Shown here piece after piece: positions 44,190 to 47,947 of a stretch of DNA of 47,947 nt. Under the pieces are notes generated by a model. It saw nothing but the letters and a program-made list of their open reading frames with translations. It searched no databases and was not told where the DNA came from. The translations under genes were made by a program, and so were the position numbers. This DNA comes from Janibacter sp. Lineage in GTDB: Bacteria; Actinomycetota; Actinomycetes; Actinomycetales; Dermatophilaceae. The first letter of the stretch is position 1. Each line of letters opens with the position of its first letter. Location of the stretch: assembly GCA_052087725.1 (NCBI GenBank), contig JBQGNO010000002.1:1-47947 (forward strand). Direction: 5' to 3'.

Positions 44190-46007
44190 TCACTTCGTGA
44201 CGGTGAACTCGATCGTCTCGCTGCTGACGGTGCCGTACCGGTCGGTGCTCGTCACCGTGGCCGTGTGCTCGCCCTCCGACAGGTCGGCGGGGAGCTCGTG
44301 ACGCCACAGGTGCATGCCGCTCTCGGCGACACTGCCGCCGTGGACGAGCTGCTCCTGGGCCGCGACCGGGTCGGACCAGAGGGCGCCGACCTTCTTGGCC
44401 TCGCCCTCCATCGCCTGGGTGCGCTGGGCCCCCTTCGCCTCGCCGTCGTCGATGGCGACCGTGACATCGGAGCCGGTCGAGCCGGCGAAGACATTGCCGG
44501 TGATGTACGTCGAGTCCTCGAGGTCCGTGCGGGACACGGAGGTCGGGTTCTCGAAGGGGGTGGCCTCGCCGGCCGACTCGCGGTTCTCCTCGAACCACGT
44601 CCGGTAGCGGGGAGTGTTGACCCCGACCGTCATCTGCTCGGAGTCATCCTCGCCGGTGACGGTGAAGCGGTCGCTGTCCCCCTGGGGCCGCGACTCGTAG
44701 GTGAGGACGCCGGGACGGGCGCCGTCGCGCTGCAGGGCGGTGGGGTAGCCGTCCTCGGTGACCCGACCCGAGAACCAGTCACCGGAGATCGCGCCGGCGG
44801 TGATGTGGTCGAAGGGGAGCTCGTCGACCCCCATGCTCGTCTTCCAGCCCTCGGCCGAATCGCCCTCGCGCATCAGCTCGGTCGTGTGGCTGTGACCGCC
44901 GAAGGCCACCGCCTCGTGGCCGGAGACGATCTCGTGGATCTCCCTGACCTCCTTGACCTGGTGCTTGGTCGAGGACTGGTCGTTGTAGTTGAGCAGCGGG
45001 ATGTGCGCCGCGAGCACGATCTTCTTCTGCTTGGGCACCTTCGCGATGTCCTGGCGCAGCCACTCGAGCTGCTCCTCGCCGAGTGCGCCCTGGTAGGCCT
45101 CGCCGGTGCTGTACTGCACGGAGTTCAGCGCGACGACGTGCATGTTGCCCACGTCGTAGGAGTAGTAGTCCGGGCCGAGCTGCGAGCGGTAGGTGTCGAA
45201 GCGGTGCTCGCTCTGCGCGTCGAGGTCGAGGTCGTGGTTGCCGGGAAGGAAGCGGGCGGGGCCGTTGATCATGCCGGTCAGGCCCCGCACGTCCGGGTAG
45301 AGCGAGAGGTCGTCGCCGACGATGTCGCCGAGGAAGAGGGCGCCGCAGCCGGCGTAGTCGGTGCGCTCCGCCAGGTCCGTGAAGGCCCCCTTGCGGGCGT
45401 ACTCGACCTCCTGCTTGTCGTAGGTCTGGATGTCGCCGCCCATGATGCAGTTCTGCTGCGGCTTCTTGGTCTGGGCCGACTTCGCCATCGGGAAGTTCAC
45501 CGCGTCGGGCAGCTCGCCGGTGGGCTCGAGGCCCCCGTACTTCAGCTCGGGGGAGCCCTCGGGCAGGTGGATGTAGGAGAACTGCGCGACATTGTCCTCG
45601 TCGACCGGCACCTGGTATCCGGCCGGCTGCGTGACGAAGGCATTCATGTTGTCGCGGGCCGGCAGCTCGTAGCGACCCTTCCCGTCGGTCGTCACGACGT
45701 CCTGGCCGTTGGAGACGGTGGCGCCCTTGACGCCCTGCTCGTTCTTGTCCTGCGTCGAGTTCTTGTTCTTGTCGTCGAAGACGACCCCGTCGAGCGTCTT
45801 CTGGTCCTCGTCGGGACCTTCCACGACATCGACCTCGCCGCGGTAGGCCTGCGAGTCCCAGCCGCCGGACTTCTGCGTCTCGCTCGCGCCGGATGAGTGC
45901 GTCGGCTGCGAGGACGTGGAGGCGCCGACGGTCGGCGCGGCCATCGTCATCGTCAGGACGAGGGCGCCGGTGAGCGGGATCGCACGCGACATCTTCTTCA
46001 GGGGCAT
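44190..46007 (-). CDS. Secreted calcineurin-like metallophosphoesterase with N- and C-terminal accessory domains
   Basis: Signal peptide; GDIQ, LGDIV, PGNHD, AHIP and GHSH motifs. Confidence 0.9.
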   Translation of the reverse strand: MPLKKMSRAIPLTGALVLTMTMAAPTVGASTSSQPTHSSGASETQKSGGWDSQAYRGEVDVVEGPDEDQKTLDGVVFDDKNKNSTQDKNEQGVKGATVSNGQDVVTTDGKGRYELPARDNMNAFVTQPAGYQVPVDEDNVAQFSYIHLPEGSPELKYGGLEPTGELPDAVNFPMAKSAQTKKPQQNCIMGGDIQTYDKQEVEYARKGAFTDLAERTDYAGCGALFLGDIVGDDLSLYPDVRGLTGMINGPARFLPGNHDLDLDAQSEHRFDTYRSQLGPDYYSYDVGNMHVVALNSVQYSTGEAYQGALGEEQLEWLRQDIAKVPKQKKIVLAAHIPLLNYNDQSSTKHQVKEVREIHEIVSGHEAVAFGGHSHTTELMREGDSAEGWKTSMGVDELPFDHITAGAISGDWFSGRVTEDGYPTALQRDGARPGVLTYESRPQGDSDRFTVTGEDDSEQMTVGVNTPRYRTWFEENRESAGEATPFENPTSVSRTDLEDSTYITGNVFAGSTGSDVTVAIDDGEAKGAQRTQAMEGEAKKVGALWSDPVAAQEQLVHGGSVAESGMHLWRHELPADLSEGEHTATVTSTDRYGTVSSETIEFTVTK

Positions 46008-46075
46008 CAGTGGTGTTCCTTCGTGTGTGGGCACGGCCGCCACGCGGCGGCTGTCGCCCACGCTGGGGCCTGCAC

Positions 46076-46195
46076 ATGAATCCGTCGTGACGTCAGGGAC
46101 GAAGGGGGGCGACGCTCAGTGCCCGAGGCGATGAACAGCGCTTCAGCGAGGAGTCAGGATCAGGCAGGGAGACCTTCACGGGAAGTTCGCCGAGG
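46076..46195. promoter_or_regulatory. Candidate PHO boxes in the divergent promoter
   Basis: GTTCAC-like units spaced 11 nt apart: CTTCAC 46174 and GTTCGC 46185 (+); ATTCAT and CGTCAC at 46076 and 46087 (-); GTTCAT at 46131 (-). Confidence 0.5.
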
Positions 46196-46273
46196 TGACC
46201 CGCCGGTGTGGTCCGGGGCGCATTCGCGTTTGCGAGTGTCATCACGTCACCCACACCCGTCCTCAGGAGCGTC

Positions 46274-47707
46274 ATGCCCTCGTCCGTGAATCCCCTCGAC
46301 CGCCGCAGCTTCCTCGGTGGCTCCGTCGGCACCCTCGGCCTCGTCGTCGCCGGGAGCTCCGCACCCTTCGCCTCGCACGCCACCGCCGGGCAGGTCACCC
46401 GGATGTCCTCCGGCTACGGCCCGCTCAGGCCGGCCGGTGAGCTGCTCGCGCTCCCGAAGGGCTTCTCCTACACCGTCCTCGCCGAGTCCGGCACGACGAG
46501 TGTCGGTGGCTACCCGGTCGCCCCCGACCAGGACGCGATGGGCTGCTTCCCCGGAGCCGACGGCGGCTCGATCGTCGTGTGCAACCACGAGGTCGGTGGG
46601 GACGGCAGCCAGCCCGTCCCGCACGTCGCCGGCCTCGTGTACGACACGGGAGCGAAGGGAGGGACCTCCACGCTCGTGGTGACGAAAGACCACGAGGTCC
46701 TGGAGCACTACACCTCGGTCGCCGGGACCGTCGACAACTGCGCCGGCGGCATCACCCCCTGGGGGACGTGGCTCACGTGCGAGGAGACCGACGAGCGCGC
46801 CGGCACCCACGAGGACGACGGCGCCACGTACACCTTCGAGCAGGACCACGGCTATGTCTTCGAGGTCGACCCGAGCAGCCAGTCCGCCAACGTCGGCAAG
46901 GCCAACATCCCGCTGAAGTTCCTCGGCCGCTTCGAGCACGAGGCCGCCGTCGTCGACCCGAAGACCGGCCAGATCTATCTCACCGAGGACGCCGACGGGC
47001 CCAACGGCCTCTTCTACCGGTGGACGCCGCCGGCCGGCTACCGCCAGGGCAAGGGTGCGCTGCACGCCCTGGCCAAGGACGGGGCCGTCGAGGTGGGCAC
47101 GCTGGAGGCGCTGGTCGCCTCCGAGCGCAGGGGCACCCACGTCACGGACCTGTCGCTGGCGACGAAGACCAACACGACCTACACCGTCGAGTGGGTCGAG
47201 GTGCCCGAGCGGGACGCGCAGCAGACGCCGATCCGCGAGCAGCTCGCCGACGACGAGGTCACCCGGGCGCGCAAGCTCGAGGGGCAGTGGTGGGGCGACG
47301 GAGGCGTCTACTTCGTCGCGAGCTACGCCCGCTCCGACGACGGCTCGATCCATGAGCACGACGGTCAGGTGTGGTTCTTCGACCCCCGGAAGCAGACGGT
47401 GACGCTGACGACGATCTTCGCAGTGAACGCGGACGGTGAGGGGGCCGACGGCCCCGACAACATCACCGTCTCGCCCCACGGCGGCCTGATCCTCGCCGAG
47501 GACGGTGAGGGGGCGTCCCAGCTCATCGGTGTCACCGACCAGGGCAAGGCCTACCGCCTGGCGCTCAACCTCGTCGACGACAGCGAGTGGGCCGGACCGT
47601 GCTTCAACGCGGCCGGCGACACGCTCTTCGCCAACATCCAGGGCGACCCGGGCCGGAGCTTCGCCATCACCGGTCCGTGGGGTCGACCCTCGAACGCCCG
47701 CGCCTGA
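46274..47707 (+). CDS. phoX: PhoX family alkaline phosphatase (DUF839), Tat-exported
   Basis: Tat motif DRRSFL; NHE, NCAGG, LTCEE, GRFEHE, PDNI, AEDG and FANIQ motifs. Confidence 0.92.
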   Translation: MPSSVNPLDRRSFLGGSVGTLGLVVAGSSAPFASHATAGQVTRMSSGYGPLRPAGELLALPKGFSYTVLAESGTTSVGGYPVAPDQDAMGCFPGADGGSIVVCNHEVGGDGSQPVPHVAGLVYDTGAKGGTSTLVVTKDHEVLEHYTSVAGTVDNCAGGITPWGTWLTCEETDERAGTHEDDGATYTFEQDHGYVFEVDPSSQSANVGKANIPLKFLGRFEHEAAVVDPKTGQIYLTEDADGPNGLFYRWTPPAGYRQGKGALHALAKDGAVEVGTLEALVASERRGTHVTDLSLATKTNTTYTVEWVEVPERDAQQTPIREQLADDEVTRARKLEGQWWGDGGVYFVASYARSDDGSIHEHDGQVWFFDPRKQTVTLTTIFAVNADGEGADGPDNITVSPHGGLILAEDGEGASQLIGVTDQGKAYRLALNLVDDSEWAGPCFNAAGDTLFANIQGDPGRSFAITGPWGRPSNARA

Positions 47708-47710
47708 GCG

Positions 47711-47947
47711 TCAGGCGATGGCATCCCGGACGGTGGTGATGACGCGCTCGTCGTCCGGGGTGACATGCGGGCTGAAGCGCGCGATCTGGGTGCCGTCGGC
47801 GTCGATGATGAACTTCTCGAAGTTCCACCGGATGTCGCCGGTCTCGCCGCCCTCGTCCGGGGTGTCGACGAGCGCCGCGTAGACCGCGTGCCGATCGGGG
47901 CCGTTGACCTCGATCTTCTCGCTCATCGGGAAGGTCACGCCGTAGTT
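47711..47947 (-). CDS. Glutathione peroxidase family protein (5'-partial)
   Basis: NYGVTFPMSEKIEVNG and IRWNFEKF motifs. Confidence 0.92.
   Translation of the reverse strand, partial: NYGVTFPMSEKIEVNGPDRHAVYAALVDTPDEGGETGDIRWNFEKFIIDADGTQIARFSPHVTPDDERVITTVRDAIA

Noticed and set aside
1-47947. Prophage, IS element, defence system, tRNA or rRNA
   Set aside because: No integrase, transposase, phage structural, nuclease or structural RNA signatures were recognised.

Overview
High-GC actinobacterial chromosomal segment (Micrococcales-like gene content; the genus cannot be fixed from sequence alone). I found no rRNA, tRNA, CRISPR array, integrase or transposase. From left to right it holds: the 3' end of a Ser/Gly/Asp-repeat surface protein plus a class F sortase; a secreted serine hydrolase; an AGCS amino-acid symporter; a MATE pump and a heterodimeric ABC exporter; a secreted amidohydrolase with an F5/8C domain (ceramide deacylase-like); a six-gene MoxR-DUF58-VWA (Bat-like) operon; and a GntR-regulated myo-inositol catabolic cluster (dehydrogenase, iolE, iolC, aldolase, iolB, iolD, ABC importer, iolG, iolA/mmsA). 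Further right are an alpha/beta hydrolase, a HelD-family ATPase, an orphan MocF-like ferredoxin reductase, a PhyH-SDR-Gfo/Idh/MocA operon, a deletion scar ending in a multicopper-oxidase C-terminus, a TipA-like MerR regulator, DUF5701, a second class F sortase with its substrate, an ArsR-SRPBCC-RibD_C operon, a divergent metallophosphoesterase/PhoX pair and a partial glutathione peroxidase. Best leads: (1) two unrelated proteins, each directly upstream of its own class F sortase, share the non-LPXTG sorting signal PxGGVETGG; (2) a candidate accessory pathway for modified (e.g. O-methyl) inositols; (3) several families of non-coding palindromic repeats, including a REP-like element absorbed into protein C-termini and paired CTAG-centred palindromes upstream of two inositol-related transcription units. 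All functional calls come from motif recognition, not database searches.
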